Position numbers and translations under genes: made by a program. This document shows positions 1 to 10,385 of a stretch of 32,000 bases of DNA, in pieces. The notes under the pieces are model-generated. The model saw only the letters and a list, made by a program, of their open reading frames with translations. It had not been told where the DNA came from and ran no database searches. The stretch is from the NCBI RefSeq assembly GCF_002310835.1, contig NZ_CP011041.1, positions 2,940,001 through 2,972,000 of the forward strand, written 5' to 3'. The stretch is from Pseudoalteromonas tetraodonis. Lineage in GTDB: Bacteria; Pseudomonadota; Gammaproteobacteria; Enterobacterales; Alteromonadaceae. Positions within the stretch are counted from its first letter, which is position 1; the number at the start of each line of letters is the position of its first letter.

Positions 1-1
1 T

Positions 2-1354
2 AATAAAGTGAGCGTACTCAGCAAGGCGATTAACGCCACGTTTGCCGATGACAAACACGACTATCCATCCAAGCAGCCTGGTTATGGTTTTGCAGGCTGG
101 CTGAACGATAGCAGCGAAATACTGGTTTACAGCAAATACGATATTTGGTCGTTTAACGTCAATACCAAGCAAGCTAAACGCTTAACTAATGGTAAAAAAA
201 GTAACACGCAATACAGAGTGATCAAACTTGATAAAAACCAAGTAGCCTTTAACAACAATGATACGCTCCTGCTTTCTGCAATTAATTTACAAAGCAAGCA
301 AAGTGAAGTGGCAAAACTTAATTTAGCAACTCTTGAAGTCACTGAATTACTTACAGGTAATAAGCGCTTTGATGTAATTAAAAAGGCCAAACATGCCGAT
401 AAATACTTATTTACTGAGCAAACCTATCAGCAATTTCCAGACATTTATCAAACAGACTCTAACTTTAAACAACCACAACGCGTAACTAACCTTAACCCTC
501 AGATAAGCAACTTTGCTTGGGGACAAGCACCTGAACTCATTAGCTATAAAGGCTTTGATGGTGAAGATTTACAAGGGGTATTAATCAAGCCTGCCGGCTA
601 CAAAAAAGGCGATAAAGTGCCTGTTGTGGTGTACTTTTACCGCTACATGAGCCAGCGCATGTATGACTTTCCAAAAATGGAATTAAATCATCGCCCTAAT
701 TTCCCGATGTTTACCTCAAATGGCTACGCCATTTTTTTACCTGACATTCGCTTTGAAATAGGACACCCCGGTAAATCTTCAACTCAAACCATGATCAACG
801 CCACCCAAAAGCTGATTGATTTAGGCATTGCCGACCCAGATAAAATAGGTTTACAAGGCCACTCTTGGGCGGGTTATCAAAGTGCATTTATGATCACCCA
901 AACTGATATGTTTAAAGCAGTGGTATCGGGCGCGCCAGTGTCTAACATGACCAGTGCTTACAGTGGCATTCGCTTAAAATCTGGACTTGCACGCCAATTT
1001 CAATACGAAACAGGGCAAAGCCGTATTGGTAAAAATTTATTTGAAGCACCTGAGCTTTATATTGAAAACTCACCGGTATTTTTTGCCGATAAAGTAAACA
1101 CGCCTATCTTAATTATGTTTGGCGACAAAGATGATGCGGTGCCATGGCATGAAGGCGTGCAATATTACTTAGCGCTTCGCCGCGCAGGTAAAGATGCAAC
1201 CTTTTTACAATACGAAGGTGAACCACACCACTTGAAAAAGTTTCCTAATCAGGTCGATTTTTCAGTGCGTATGATGCAGTACTTTGATCATTATCTTAAA
1301 GGCAAACCGGCCGCTAAGTGGATGAAAGAAGGTGAAGCGTTTATCGAAGAGTAA
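2..1354 (+). CDS. S9-family (prolyl oligopeptidase / acylaminoacyl-peptidase type) serine peptidase, 5-prime truncated by window edge
   Basis: The frame is open to the window edge, with no in-frame stop at 2-7. GHSWAGYQ is a nucleophile elbow (GxSxG). GDKDDAV and EGEPHHL downstream complete a Ser-Asp-His alpha/beta-hydrolase triad. The N-terminal part looks like the end of a beta-propeller, and 448 aa is too short for a complete S9 enzyme. Confidence 0.85.
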   Translation, partial: NKVSVLSKAINATFADDKHDYPSKQPGYGFAGWLNDSSEILVYSKYDIWSFNVNTKQAKRLTNGKKSNTQYRVIKLDKNQVAFNNNDTLLLSAINLQSKQSEVAKLNLATLEVTELLTGNKRFDVIKKAKHADKYLFTEQTYQQFPDIYQTDSNFKQPQRVTNLNPQISNFAWGQAPELISYKGFDGEDLQGVLIKPAGYKKGDKVPVVVYFYRYMSQRMYDFPKMELNHRPNFPMFTSNGYAIFLPDIRFEIGHPGKSSTQTMINATQKLIDLGIADPDKIGLQGHSWAGYQSAFMITQTDMFKAVVSGAPVSNMTSAYSGIRLKSGLARQFQYETGQSRIGKNLFEAPELYIENSPVFFADKVNTPILIMFGDKDDAVPWHEGVQYYLALRRAGKDATFLQYEGEPHHLKKFPNQVDFSVRMMQYFDHYLKGKPAAKWMKEGEAFIEE

Positions 1355-1370
1355 CCACTAGAAGTTAAAA

Positions 1371-1404
1371 AACCCCGATAGCACTGCGTGATATCGGGGT
1401 TTTT
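1371..1404 (+). terminator. Rho-independent terminator after the S9 peptidase gene
   Basis: Stem CCCCGATA (1373-1380) pairs with TATCGGGG (1392-1399), with an 11-nt loop followed by TTTTT (1400-1404). Confidence 0.8.
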
Positions 1405-1639
1405 AACTATGTAATCATCATCACTTTAAAGAGAGTGTCCAAAGTAATAATGTGCCCGTCATATCTCTAGCTGAAGATCTACTCGCTATCACTGCAATGC
1501 AGAACTGTATTTTGCATACAAAAATAGCGCAAGCTAGATAACCCTTTCTTTTTGTAGTTATTTACTCGGTACTTTTATATGAGCGGGTTATGAGTAATAA
1601 TCAGTCAATAAAAAAGACACAGTCTAAGAGAAATAAAGC

Positions 1640-2728
1640 ATGCTAGATTTTTGGTACAAAGGACTACCACAGTATCCAAAAGATCATAAAGACTTTTGGC
1701 GCACACGCTTAATTGCTCATTCATTATTAACGGCAACCTGCTACTTTTTAGTTTTAACCCTACTCAACCTGTTCTACTTTCACAGTTACGATATTGCCGC
1801 CATTGATGCATTAGGCTTAGTTATATCATTAGCTATTTATGGCTGGTTTAGTAAAACTGCAAATGTAAGTGCTGCGGCATGGGCAGTTACATTTATGGTC
1901 GTTAGTTTAATAATGACATTTGTTATCTCTGTCGGTGGCCTTGCTCACTCTTTATTTTGGGCAACACTTATTCCCCCTTTTGCGTTTTTTTTAGTGGGTA
2001 GAAATTGGGGGAGCATTTTTAGCGCCATTGCTTTTTGTATTTGTGCTTACCTAACTTATAAGCAACAACAGCTAACCGTCACTATCGGGCTGGGCTCTTT
2101 ATTTAATATCATTGAGGTCAGCATTGCCCATATCTTAATTTTCAGATTTTATGAAAAAACACGTTTTTCTGCATATGCGCATTTAACAACCCGTAATATA
2201 GAGATTCAACATCTCGCTGAAACAGATAAACTCACAGGGCTTTATAATAGACAAAAATTTGATTATGCATTGTCGCAAGTCATTACCAGCAGCAAAGAAA
2301 CAAAAACCACAAACTGCTTATTTATTTGTGATATTGATCACTTTAAGAAAATAAACGACGCCTATGGTCATTTAGTCGGTGATAAAGTGTTAGCTGAGTT
2401 TGCTAAACTAATTAAAAGTAGCATGCCCAACCATTCATTAATTGCGCGTTGGGGGGGAGAAGAGTTTACTATTATTTTACCAAACACCTCACTGACCAAT
2501 GCATTAGCACAAGCAAACGCGTTAAAAGACTATATTTCGACGCACCCTGTTGCCAACATTCAGCTAACCATAAGCATAGGGGTAGCTACCATCAGTTCTG
2601 ATGATTCAGTTATTAGCGTGTTAGAACGTGCCGATAGCGCACTATACGAAGCTAAAAATAATGGTCGTAATTCAGTTTATTTTAGCGACAATAAACTAAC
2701 GATAGTCGCTTCAGCTAGCCTCTTATAA
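1640..2728 (+). CDS. Membrane-anchored diguanylate cyclase (GGDEF domain)
   Basis: It has the RWGGEEF active-site motif and DIDHFKKINDAYGH upstream. The N-terminal region of about 190 aa has about six hydrophobic helices and is a putative sensor module. There is no RxxD I-site at the usual position upstream of GGEEF. Confidence 0.9.
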   Translation: MLDFWYKGLPQYPKDHKDFWRTRLIAHSLLTATCYFLVLTLLNLFYFHSYDIAAIDALGLVISLAIYGWFSKTANVSAAAWAVTFMVVSLIMTFVISVGGLAHSLFWATLIPPFAFFLVGRNWGSIFSAIAFCICAYLTYKQQQLTVTIGLGSLFNIIEVSIAHILIFRFYEKTRFSAYAHLTTRNIEIQHLAETDKLTGLYNRQKFDYALSQVITSSKETKTTNCLFICDIDHFKKINDAYGHLVGDKVLAEFAKLIKSSMPNHSLIARWGGEEFTIILPNTSLTNALAQANALKDYISTHPVANIQLTISIGVATISSDDSVISVLERADSALYEAKNNGRNSVYFSDNKLTIVASASLL

Positions 2729-2885
2729 CTAAGTAAGATAGCCAATTAATGTATCGACACACACCAAACTAATTATAAAGAACTAATAACAGCACAAAAA
2801 ACCAGACTAAAAACCCATTAAAACTGACTTTTAAACTCAGTTCGCGTATTCTTAACCCCCTGATTTGAATAACCCCTATACCAAA

Positions 2886-3815
2886 ATGAGCAACGCCACT
2901 CCCCCCTTCTCTATTTCAGCTAGCATGACTCACAGTATGGTAAATATTAGTGAAGTTTTAGGTAAAATCAGTGCCTTATATTCGCCAGCAATGCTTGAGC
3001 ACTATAAGCAACAAAAAACCGCCTCCCTGCAAATCAATAACCTTGATATTCAATCAATATCATCTGGTCTATCAACCCCAGATAGCTTATTAGCCTTGCA
3101 TCGAAGCTTAATCAAAGATCTGAGTGAAAAATCGGGCAGTTATAGGCAGCAAAGTTTAGCGTTAAAAAGTGGTTTGCAAATGGCACCACAAGCAATGCGA
3201 GTACCACAAATGGTAGAGGAGTTATTTGCTTGGTTTAAAACAACCGCGCATCATCCTTTAATCAGTAGTGCAGTATGCCATTATGAATTACAGTTTATTC
3301 AACCTTTTGCACAGGGTAATACTGAAATAGCGTGTACGTGGCAAACCCTGCAATTATCGCAGTGGCATTCGCTATTTTCACTAATAAATATTAACAATGT
3401 TATAGCGACAACTCGCCGACATTATTTTGAAAGCATTAACCTGAGTACCAAGTCCGGTGACTCATCCGTGTTTATTGAGTATATATTGGAAGCATTACTA
3501 GCGGCACTAAATTCATTAGAAAGTGATTTAAAATCAATAACAAAAACCAAAAACCCCCAACAACCCCCTCAAGTTAAACAGGCTATAAATGTAGACTTAC
3601 AAGCCCCCCAAGTCATCGCTTTAATTAATGTATTTACCCAAAGCGAAAAGCCATTAAACCGACAAGAGCTACAAAATAAGCTTGGATTAAAAGACCGTAA
3701 ACATTTTAGAGAGCGCTACTTAAAGCCAGCCATTGATGCTGGAATTATAGAAATGACTATTCCCGAAAAACCAAATAGCAAAATGCAGCAGTATAAACTT
3801 ACCCAGACGAGTTAA
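2886..3815 (+). CDS. Fic-fold protein with degenerate active-site motif and C-terminal winged-helix-like domain
   Basis: HPLISSAVCHYELQFIQPFAQGNTEIAC aligns with the canonical Fic core (hPl..A...H..f..IHPFxDGNGRxxR). The C-terminus, RERYLKPAIDAGIIEMTIPEKPNSKMQQYKLT, is typical of long Fic proteins. The start is uncertain: TTG 2865 opens the ORF, ATG 2886 is chosen here, and neither has a clear SD. Confidence 0.75.
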   Translation: MSNATPPFSISASMTHSMVNISEVLGKISALYSPAMLEHYKQQKTASLQINNLDIQSISSGLSTPDSLLALHRSLIKDLSEKSGSYRQQSLALKSGLQMAPQAMRVPQMVEELFAWFKTTAHHPLISSAVCHYELQFIQPFAQGNTEIACTWQTLQLSQWHSLFSLININNVIATTRRHYFESINLSTKSGDSSVFIEYILEALLAALNSLESDLKSITKTKNPQQPPQVKQAINVDLQAPQVIALINVFTQSEKPLNRQELQNKLGLKDRKHFRERYLKPAIDAGIIEMTIPEKPNSKMQQYKLTQTS

Positions 3816-3839
3816 AAACTTAAGTTATAAACAGAGCAG

Positions 3840-3871
3840 GAATAAACGCCACCTCAAAGATGAAGTGGCGT
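3840..3871 (-). terminator. Terminator hairpin downstream of the YhiN-type gene
   Basis: Stem ACGCCAC (3846-3852) pairs with GTGGCGT (3865-3871). On the minus strand the hairpin is followed by TTTATT. On the plus strand there is no T-run. Confidence 0.55.
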
Positions 3872-3917
3872 GTCAATACGCAGTTTGCAGCTAAATTTTA
3901 TAATTGTTTAAAAACAA

Positions 3918-5102
3918 TTACGCGTACTGCCCGGCGGCAAATCCACAGCTCCACGCATATTGGAAATTATAGCCTCCTAGCCAACCCGTTACATCGGTTA
4001 CTTCGCCAATAAAGTATAAGCCTTTGGCTTTTTTAGCCTCAAATGTCTTTGAGCTCAACTCGTCGGTATCTACGCCGCCTAAAGTAACCTCTGCGGTTCT
4101 GTAACCCTCGGTACCATTTGGTTTAATTTGCCACGCATGAATATAATCAGCAAGCGCGTCTATTTGGCCATGCGTCAGTTGATTAATATTACAATCGGGA
4201 ATGGCGTTACTGTCGTGGAGTATTTCTACAAAGCGCTTAGGTAGGATAGTCGCAAGGCTATTTTTCAACGATTTTTGCGCTTGTGTTTCTCGCCAATCAG
4301 CTAGCTGTTGCTTTAAATCTATTTCAGGCAGTAAATTGATCGTTACCGCCTGACCTGCTCGCCAAAATGAGCTTATTTGCAATATAGCAGGCCCAGATAG
4401 ACCACGATGAGTAAATAAAATATTCTCTTTAAATACGGTGCCATCTTCGCTTGCAACTTCACAAGGAATACTAATACCCGAAAGCCCTTCAAAACGGTCT
4501 TTATCGTGCTGATGTAAGGTAAAGGGAACTAAAGCAGCCATAGTCGGCAATATCTTTAAGCCAAATTGCTCTGCAATTTTATAGCCGATTGGCGTAGCAC
4601 CCAGTTTAGGCATGGTTAACCCACCCGATGCAACCACAAGCGACTCACAAGTAAGTGTTTCTTGTTCAGTGGTCACACTATAGCCGGTAGCTGTTTTAGC
4701 GACATTTAACACTTCGCTGCGCAGTTTAATAGTAACGCCCGCCCACTCACACTCGGTTAGTAAAATATCAACAATGTCTTGTGCGCTATTGTCACAAAAT
4801 AATTGCCCGAGTGTCTTATGGTGATATGCCAAACCATGTCGGTCTACAAGCTCTACAAAGTCGTGTTGCGTATAACGACTTAAGCACGATTTTACAAAAT
4901 GGGGGTTTGCGCATAAATAGTTGCTAGGGCTTGCATTTTCATTGGTAAAATTACAACGCCCACCGCCACTAATTAAAATTTTACGTCCTGGCTTTTTACC
5001 CATATCAAGTACTGTGACGCTTCGGCCGCGATACCCTGCTTGTGCAGCACACATTAAACCAGCGGCTCCGGCACCAATCACTATCACATCAACGTGAGTC
5101 AT
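3918..5102 (-). CDS. NAD(P)/FAD-dependent oxidoreductase, HI0933/YhiN (BaiN-like) family
   Basis: The N-terminus, DVIVIGAGAAGLMCAA, is a dinucleotide-binding fold. It is followed by KILISGGGRCNFTN, the hallmark of the HI0933/YhiN family. At 394 aa the length is typical of that family. Confidence 0.88.
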   Translation of the reverse strand: MTHVDVIVIGAGAAGLMCAAQAGYRGRSVTVLDMGKKPGRKILISGGGRCNFTNENASPSNYLCANPHFVKSCLSRYTQHDFVELVDRHGLAYHHKTLGQLFCDNSAQDIVDILLTECEWAGVTIKLRSEVLNVAKTATGYSVTTEQETLTCESLVVASGGLTMPKLGATPIGYKIAEQFGLKILPTMAALVPFTLHQHDKDRFEGLSGISIPCEVASEDGTVFKENILFTHRGLSGPAILQISSFWRAGQAVTINLLPEIDLKQQLADWRETQAQKSLKNSLATILPKRFVEILHDSNAIPDCNINQLTHGQIDALADYIHAWQIKPNGTEGYRTAEVTLGGVDTDELSSKTFEAKKAKGLYFIGEVTDVTGWLGGYNFQYAWSCGFAAGQYA

Positions 5103-5510
5103 TTAGTTATCTCTTAAAAACTTTTGTGAATTATAACAAAGTTTCAATAATAACCAGATAGCCAGAACGTGTTTATCTTGAGCGTAAACAGGGCGCGGTA
5201 GCTTTGCTCGATTTGTTACTTAGCCTACAAGGCTTGTTTTAACCCGCAAAGGTCAACCCCCCTTTTGTATTGTTTTTAATTTATCAATAAAAGTTAATTA
5301 ATGATAAAAAACACCAAAAAAAATCTAATACATTAGGATCGTCAATAGCAATAAAACAAATACAAAACAACTGAAAGCGCACTAAATACGCGGTTATAAC
5401 TAAATGAAATAGGTACATACGTATTTAATATTTCAAAATAGTTAACAGATCATTTACCTTTGTACCCGCTTTGTGGATTTTCACAAATAATAATAAAACT
5501 AAGGGTAATT

Positions 5511-7640
5511 ATGACTTCTAATAATTCATTCAAAAAATGCGCTGTTGCGCTAACAATAAGTACACTCTTTGCTGCCAGCTCAAGCATGGCAAACCCAGCG
5601 CAAGCAATCGCACCTTCAATGGCAGAAACCTCAGCTAAGTTACAAAATCAAGGTGGTTTTGAGACTCAATTCATCATTAAATATAAGAATAACAACGATA
5701 TGATGAGTACCTCAACCGCTGATGTATCACCAGCAATGATGAATAAAAAAGCGCAAAGCTTTGTAAAAAACTTCACCTCAAAAAAAGGCAAAGTTAAAGC
5801 CAAGTATGTTCGCGCAATGGCACTCAATAACCATCACGTAATGCGTGCCGATAAAAAACTAAACGCTGAAGAGGCCCAGCAGTTCATGCAGGAAATGGTT
5901 AATTCGGGTAATGTTGAATATATTGAAGTCGATCAAATGCTAAAACCATTTGCGACACCAAATGACCCGCGTTATGGCGATCAATGGCATTACTATGAGC
6001 AAGCCGGTGGACTTAACTTACCAACAGCTTGGGATACGGCAACAGGCAGTGGTGTGGTTGTCGCTGTGCTTGATACGGGCTACCGCCCTCACGCTGATTT
6101 AAACGCTAATATTTTACCAGGCTACGATATGATCTCTAATCTATCAGTCGCCAATGATGGCAATGGCCGTGACAACGATGCTCGCGATCCAGGGGATGCG
6201 GTTGCAGCTGGTGAATGTGGTAATAACGGTGCACAAGGCTCTAGTTGGCATGGTACTCACGTTGCAGGCACTGTCGCTGCAGTAACGAATAACGGTGAAG
6301 GCGTTGCTGGTGTTGCTTATGACGCCAAAGTAGTACCAGTGCGTGTGTTGGGTAAATGTGGCGGTTTAACCTCAGATATTGCTGACGGTATCATTTGGGC
6401 CTCAGGTGGTAATGTATCGGGTACATCAGCAAATGCTAATCCAGCCGATGTAATTAACATGAGTTTAGGTGGTGCGGGTGCATGTAGTTCAACCACGCAA
6501 AATGCCATTAATACCGCTCGTAACAACGGCACAGTTGTTGTTATTGCTGCAGGTAACGATAACGATAATTCTGCAAACTACAACCCAGGTAACTGTAATG
6601 GTATTGTTAATGTTGCATCAGTTGGCCGTAATGGTGGCCGCGCTTATTACTCAAATTATGGAAGTAATATTGATGTGGCAGCACCGGGTGGCGCGCAAAG
6701 CTTTGCCAATGATTCTGAAGGTGTTTTATCAACTTACAATTCGGGTTCAACAACACCATCAAGCGACAGTTATGGCTTTTCGCAAGGCACCTCAATGGCG
6801 GCTCCTCATGTTGCGGGTGTTGCTGCACTGATCAAACAAGCAAAACCAAACGCGACTCCTGATGAAATAGAAAGTATTTTAAAAACAACCACTCGTCCAT
6901 TCTCTGCCACGTGTACCAGCTGTGGTACAGGTATTGTTGATGCGGCCGCTGCGGTTGCTGCAGCATCTGGTGGTACACCGCCAACAACGGGTGATAACGA
7001 ACTTGTTGATGGAGAAGTCAAAACCGGTTTAAGCGGTGCGGCAAGTGCACAAGACTTTTACACTATGACAGTACCAAGTGGTGCAACCAATGTTACTTTC
7101 ACTATGAGTGGTGGCACAGGGGATGCTGACTTGTATGTACGTGCAGGTAGTAAACCAACCTCAACCACTTATGATTGTCGTCCATATAAAGGTGGAAACA
7201 GTGAAGAATGTTCTATTGATAGTCCAACAGCCGGCACTTACCATGTAATGCTGCGTGGTTATTCAGCCTACAGTGGCGTGAGTTTAGTCGGTAACATTAC
7301 GGGTGGTTCAACAGGTGGTGGTTCAGGTACACCTCAAGCAGGTGGCGGCACAGTGTCTGATATCACAGCAAATGCAGGTCAGTGGAAACATTACACGCTA
7401 GATGTACCGGCGGGTATGGCAAACTTTACTGTTACAACGTCAGGCGGCACCGGTGATGCAGACTTATTTGTAAAATTTGGTAGCCAGCCAACAAGCTCAA
7501 GCTATGATTGTCGTCCATATAAAAATGGTAACGCCGAAACTTGTACTTTTAGTAATCCTCAAGCGGGAACATGGCACTTAAGTGTTAATGCGTATCAAAC
7601 ATTCTCTGGTTTAACGCTAAGCGGTCAATACCAGCCATAA
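5511..7640 (+). CDS. Secreted subtilisin-like (S8) serine protease with two C-terminal PPC domains
   Basis: The start is moved to ATG 5511, which has AAGGG 5 nt upstream and gives MTSNNSFKK plus a hydrophobic signal peptide. The catalytic motifs are VAVLDTGY (Asp), HGTHVAGT (His) and GTSMAAPHVAG (Ser). There is an N-terminal propeptide-like region. Two C-terminal repeats of about 100 aa each carry GGTGDADL(Y/F)V and YDCRPYK. Confidence 0.92.
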   Translation: MTSNNSFKKCAVALTISTLFAASSSMANPAQAIAPSMAETSAKLQNQGGFETQFIIKYKNNNDMMSTSTADVSPAMMNKKAQSFVKNFTSKKGKVKAKYVRAMALNNHHVMRADKKLNAEEAQQFMQEMVNSGNVEYIEVDQMLKPFATPNDPRYGDQWHYYEQAGGLNLPTAWDTATGSGVVVAVLDTGYRPHADLNANILPGYDMISNLSVANDGNGRDNDARDPGDAVAAGECGNNGAQGSSWHGTHVAGTVAAVTNNGEGVAGVAYDAKVVPVRVLGKCGGLTSDIADGIIWASGGNVSGTSANANPADVINMSLGGAGACSSTTQNAINTARNNGTVVVIAAGNDNDNSANYNPGNCNGIVNVASVGRNGGRAYYSNYGSNIDVAAPGGAQSFANDSEGVLSTYNSGSTTPSSDSYGFSQGTSMAAPHVAGVAALIKQAKPNATPDEIESILKTTTRPFSATCTSCGTGIVDAAAAVAAASGGTPPTTGDNELVDGEVKTGLSGAASAQDFYTMTVPSGATNVTFTMSGGTGDADLYVRAGSKPTSTTYDCRPYKGGNSEECSIDSPTAGTYHVMLRGYSAYSGVSLVGNITGGSTGGGSGTPQAGGGTVSDITANAGQWKHYTLDVPAGMANFTVTTSGGTGDADLFVKFGSQPTSSSYDCRPYKNGNAETCTFSNPQAGTWHLSVNAYQTFSGLTLSGQYQP

Positions 7641-7660
7641 AACATCCTCTCTTTAGATAA

Positions 7661-7690
7661 AAAAAGCCGATACACTGTATCGGCTTTTTA
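7661..7690. terminator. Bidirectional terminator between protease (+) and peroxiredoxin (-)
   Basis: Stem AGCCGATA (7665-7672) pairs with TATCGGCT (7679-7686). It is flanked by an A-run upstream and a T-run downstream, so it can work on both strands. Confidence 0.8.
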
Positions 7691-7713
7691 TTCTCTGATT
7701 AAAGTCGTCAGTG

Positions 7714-8187
7714 TTAAAGCGTTGCTAAAACAGCTTCAGCACTGCTTATTACAAACTCTTTGTCTTGTTCTACAAATAGACCAGTAACAACACCATTATC
7801 AACAACCATCGCGTATCGTTTTGAGCGTATTCCACCAAAGCCTGCGGTATCTTTTTCAAGCCCTAAAGCACGGGTAAAACTAGCATCACCGTCTGCAAGC
7901 ATATCTATATGCTCTGCATTTTGTGACTCACCCCACGCTTTCATCACAAATGCATCATTTACCGATACACAATAGATAGCGTTAATACCTTTAGCCTTAA
8001 TTTTATCGGCTAGCGCGATATATCCAGGTAAATGAGCATTCGAACACGTTGGTGTAAAAGCGCCTGGCACTGCAAATAACACGACTTTTTTATCTGCAAA
8101 TAATTCATTGCTTGTCAGTGTTTGCATACCGTCATCGGTTAGCTTAGATAGACTAACTGCGGGTATTGTTTGACCTTGTTCAATCAT
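7714..8187 (-). CDS. Peroxiredoxin, Prx5/PrxD-like (AhpC/TSA superfamily)
   Basis: The protein is 157 aa. VPGAFTPTCS contains the peroxidatic Cys in the Prx5-type context, and the overall length and layout are typical of stand-alone Prx5-type proteins. Confidence 0.88.
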   Translation of the reverse strand: MIEQGQTIPAVSLSKLTDDGMQTLTSNELFADKKVVLFAVPGAFTPTCSNAHLPGYIALADKIKAKGINAIYCVSVNDAFVMKAWGESQNAEHIDMLADGDASFTRALGLEKDTAGFGGIRSKRYAMVVDNGVVTGLFVEQDKEFVISSAEAVLATL

Positions 8188-8261
8188 GTTAAATCCTTTG
8201 GGTAATTACGTAGACTTTTAGCATACAGGTTAATATTTACGGTTTCGAGTTTATACCGCGA

Positions 8262-10208
8262 TTAAACTGCATCACTGTCTAAACCCAATCCCTTTCTAAT
8301 TGTTGCCATTTGCAGCTCTAGCTGCGAGCGAATATCAGACACCAACTCACTCGACTCATTTACTTGGCTTTTCATATTATGCATTGATTGGGTAAAGTCA
8401 CTAAGGAAATTGCTTTGCTGTTTTGCAAGCTCCATTGCTTCAACTGCAACTGTGTTTGCCTGCTGAGCATTATTTGCGACCCCTTCAGAGTTTGCTTGAA
8501 GCTCTTGGGCATTTTCGGTTTGTAGCTGTGCATCCTCAGTTAACGCATTAATTTGTGAATAGACCATTTGAGAGTTCTCACTTAATAACGCCAGCTGATC
8601 GTTAATCTCTTTTAACGAACCTTGGGTTTGCATGGCTAATTGCCTTACTTCATCAGCAACCACCGCAAAACCACGGCCTTGCTCACCGGCTCTTGCTGAT
8701 TCTATTGCAGCGTTCAGTGCTAATAAATTGGTTTGTTCAGCTATGGTGCGAATAACCGTTATTATATTACTCACTCCTTGTACGCCGCTCAGTAACTCTT
8801 GCACACTGTGCATACCTTGTTCAATACGTTGCTGTGTATCAGAACTCGCATTAAGCATATTTTTAGCAAAACCAACACTTTGCTGCATTGCCTCATAAGT
8901 ACTTTGAGCATTTTCAGCAGCTTGAGCGTTAATATGATTAACCTGCTCACCTATGTGTTGAATATTTACTAGTAAACTTTCATTTTTAACAACTTGTTCG
9001 TAGCTAGTCGCGCTTTTTGTACCTATTTTTTCTAAATGCTCACTCATTTGCTCCATGAAGTCACTAACGACACCAAGCATACTCGCTCTTTCTTGCGCCT
9101 CCAGACGCTGGCGCTCAATTAACAGGTTAAAATACTGCGCTATTTCACCAACCTCTGTTTTAGGATTATTCACTGTAATATTTTTTAACTCATTACTTTC
9201 GATTAAAAATGCAAACCCATCTCGTAGTTGCCGCAAAGGCTGTAAAACCTGTTTACGTTGCATCCAATAAACACCAAAAGCTAATATTACTAAACCACCT
9301 ATTGCAATTCCAAACACCCAAAATACTTGTTGTTTAACGGTATCTTGCTGCGCTTTTAATGTTTGTTCTGCCTCAATCACTGTTTTTGATAACACGCTAA
9401 TTTGTTCACGTAACTCATTCGTTCCAGAATTACGCTGCTTTGCTTGCGATAAAGTACTGCTTAAATCACGTAAATAGCGCTTAGGCCAACTCACCAACTC
9501 CGCTTTTATATCAGCAGCCAAATCCTCTGGCTCCTCATCTACAAATAAAGCAAATTCATCAACCTCAGTCATCACTCCTAAATTAGGCAACTGTGCAATT
9601 TTTGCAGCGAGTAAGTTTAAATTTTTTACGCTTTGTTGCAGGCTTTTTTCAATTTCAGGCTGGTAATCATTTAGCAGTTGATAGGTCGATAAAGATAAAT
9701 TAACCACTTCACTATAATAATCACTCGCCAACTTATTGTAGCTTAGAGCATGGCTACTTTGAGTTGATGCTTTTTGTACATAATTTATAAGCGATGACGC
9801 TGAGCCCGCCATTTGTCTCAGTGCATTGTCTAAAAGCGCAGTTTCGTTACCTGAGAGCTTTCCTAGTGCTCTGTATTTATCGTTAATGTCTTTATTTAGT
9901 GAAAATAGCTGTGTTGAAAGGCGCACTTCTAACTCAGAGGGAAGTACCGTTAGCTGCTGCGCTTTAAGTTGTTCAATTAAAGCTGAAGATTGCGTCAGGT
10001 ATTGGCTATTGCCTCGTGCCAAGTAGTCTTCTAAAAGGCCAGCAAGATCGACCATTATGGTATTTTTTAATTGGCTATAAGCAATATCTTGTTGTTGAAT
10101 TTTTAGTAATGTATGACTTGCCCATAACAAGGTAGCAGCGAGCAACACACTGGCTAACGTTAATAAAATAGCTAAAAGACGGGTAAAAAATGATACACGC
10201 ATAAACAT
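8262..10208 (-). CDS. Methyl-accepting chemotaxis protein
   Basis: It has an N-terminal TM helix, a helical periplasmic region of about 270 aa, a second TM helix ([22 protein letters not shown]) and a HAMP-like linker. The invariant signalling hairpin [31 protein letters not shown] is present. ATG 10202 is an alternative start. Confidence 0.92.
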   Translation of the reverse strand: MFMRVSFFTRLLAILLTLASVLLAATLLWASHTLLKIQQQDIAYSQLKNTIMVDLAGLLEDYLARGNSQYLTQSSALIEQLKAQQLTVLPSELEVRLSTQLFSLNKDINDKYRALGKLSGNETALLDNALRQMAGSASSLINYVQKASTQSSHALSYNKLASDYYSEVVNLSLSTYQLLNDYQPEIEKSLQQSVKNLNLLAAKIAQLPNLGVMTEVDEFALFVDEEPEDLAADIKAELVSWPKRYLRDLSSTLSQAKQRNSGTNELREQISVLSKTVIEAEQTLKAQQDTVKQQVFWVFGIAIGGLVILAFGVYWMQRKQVLQPLRQLRDGFAFLIESNELKNITVNNPKTEVGEIAQYFNLLIERQRLEAQERASMLGVVSDFMEQMSEHLEKIGTKSATSYEQVVKNESLLVNIQHIGEQVNHINAQAAENAQSTYEAMQQSVGFAKNMLNASSDTQQRIEQGMHSVQELLSGVQGVSNIITVIRTIAEQTNLLALNAAIESARAGEQGRGFAVVADEVRQLAMQTQGSLKEINDQLALLSENSQMVYSQINALTEDAQLQTENAQELQANSEGVANNAQQANTVAVEAMELAKQQSNFLSDFTQSMHNMKSQVNESSELVSDIRSQLELQMATIRKGLGLDSDAV

Positions 10209-10342
10209 ATCTCAAAAGTGACATTCATACAGAGTATTGAATTTTTATGACATTTTTATGTAAAAGACTTAATTAGGGTAATAGTCAGGTGTATTGAGAG
10301 ATAGATAAAGGCTCAATGAAAGGATGTTTTAGGTAACTAATA

Positions 10343-10370
10343 AAAAACCGCGTATAAACGCGGTTTTTTT
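10343..10370 (-). terminator. Terminator downstream of the small secreted protein gene
   Basis: AAAAAACCGCG-TATAAA-CGCGGTTTTTTT is a palindromic GC stem flanked by A and T runs. Confidence 0.75.
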
Positions 10371-10385
10371 AAATTAAGCTTTTAA

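Noticed and set aside
5244-5257. This is a 14-nt inverted match: CCGCAAAGGTCAAC at 5244-5257 against GTTGACCTTTGCGG at 31937-31950. It could in principle be a dispersed REP-like element.
   Set aside because: By my rough estimate, several exact 14-mer matches in either orientation are expected by chance in 32 kb. The flanks do not extend the similarity, and I saw no third copy.
5460-5510. These are N-terminal extensions offered by the ORF track: protease from 5460, rplU from 13333, ispB from 13706 and lpdA from 24881.
   Set aside because: Internal ATGs (5511, 13297, 13721, 24851) give canonical conserved N-termini or signal peptides and have better SD sequences. The extensions start at non-ATG codons or add non-conserved residues.
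6317-7021. These are four short ORFs (6317-6532 minus, 6469-6831 plus, 6607-6828 minus, 6806-7021 minus) inside the protease gene.
   Set aside because: All overlap the S8 protease CDS, whose catalytic motifs fix the true frame. None has a recognisable motif.
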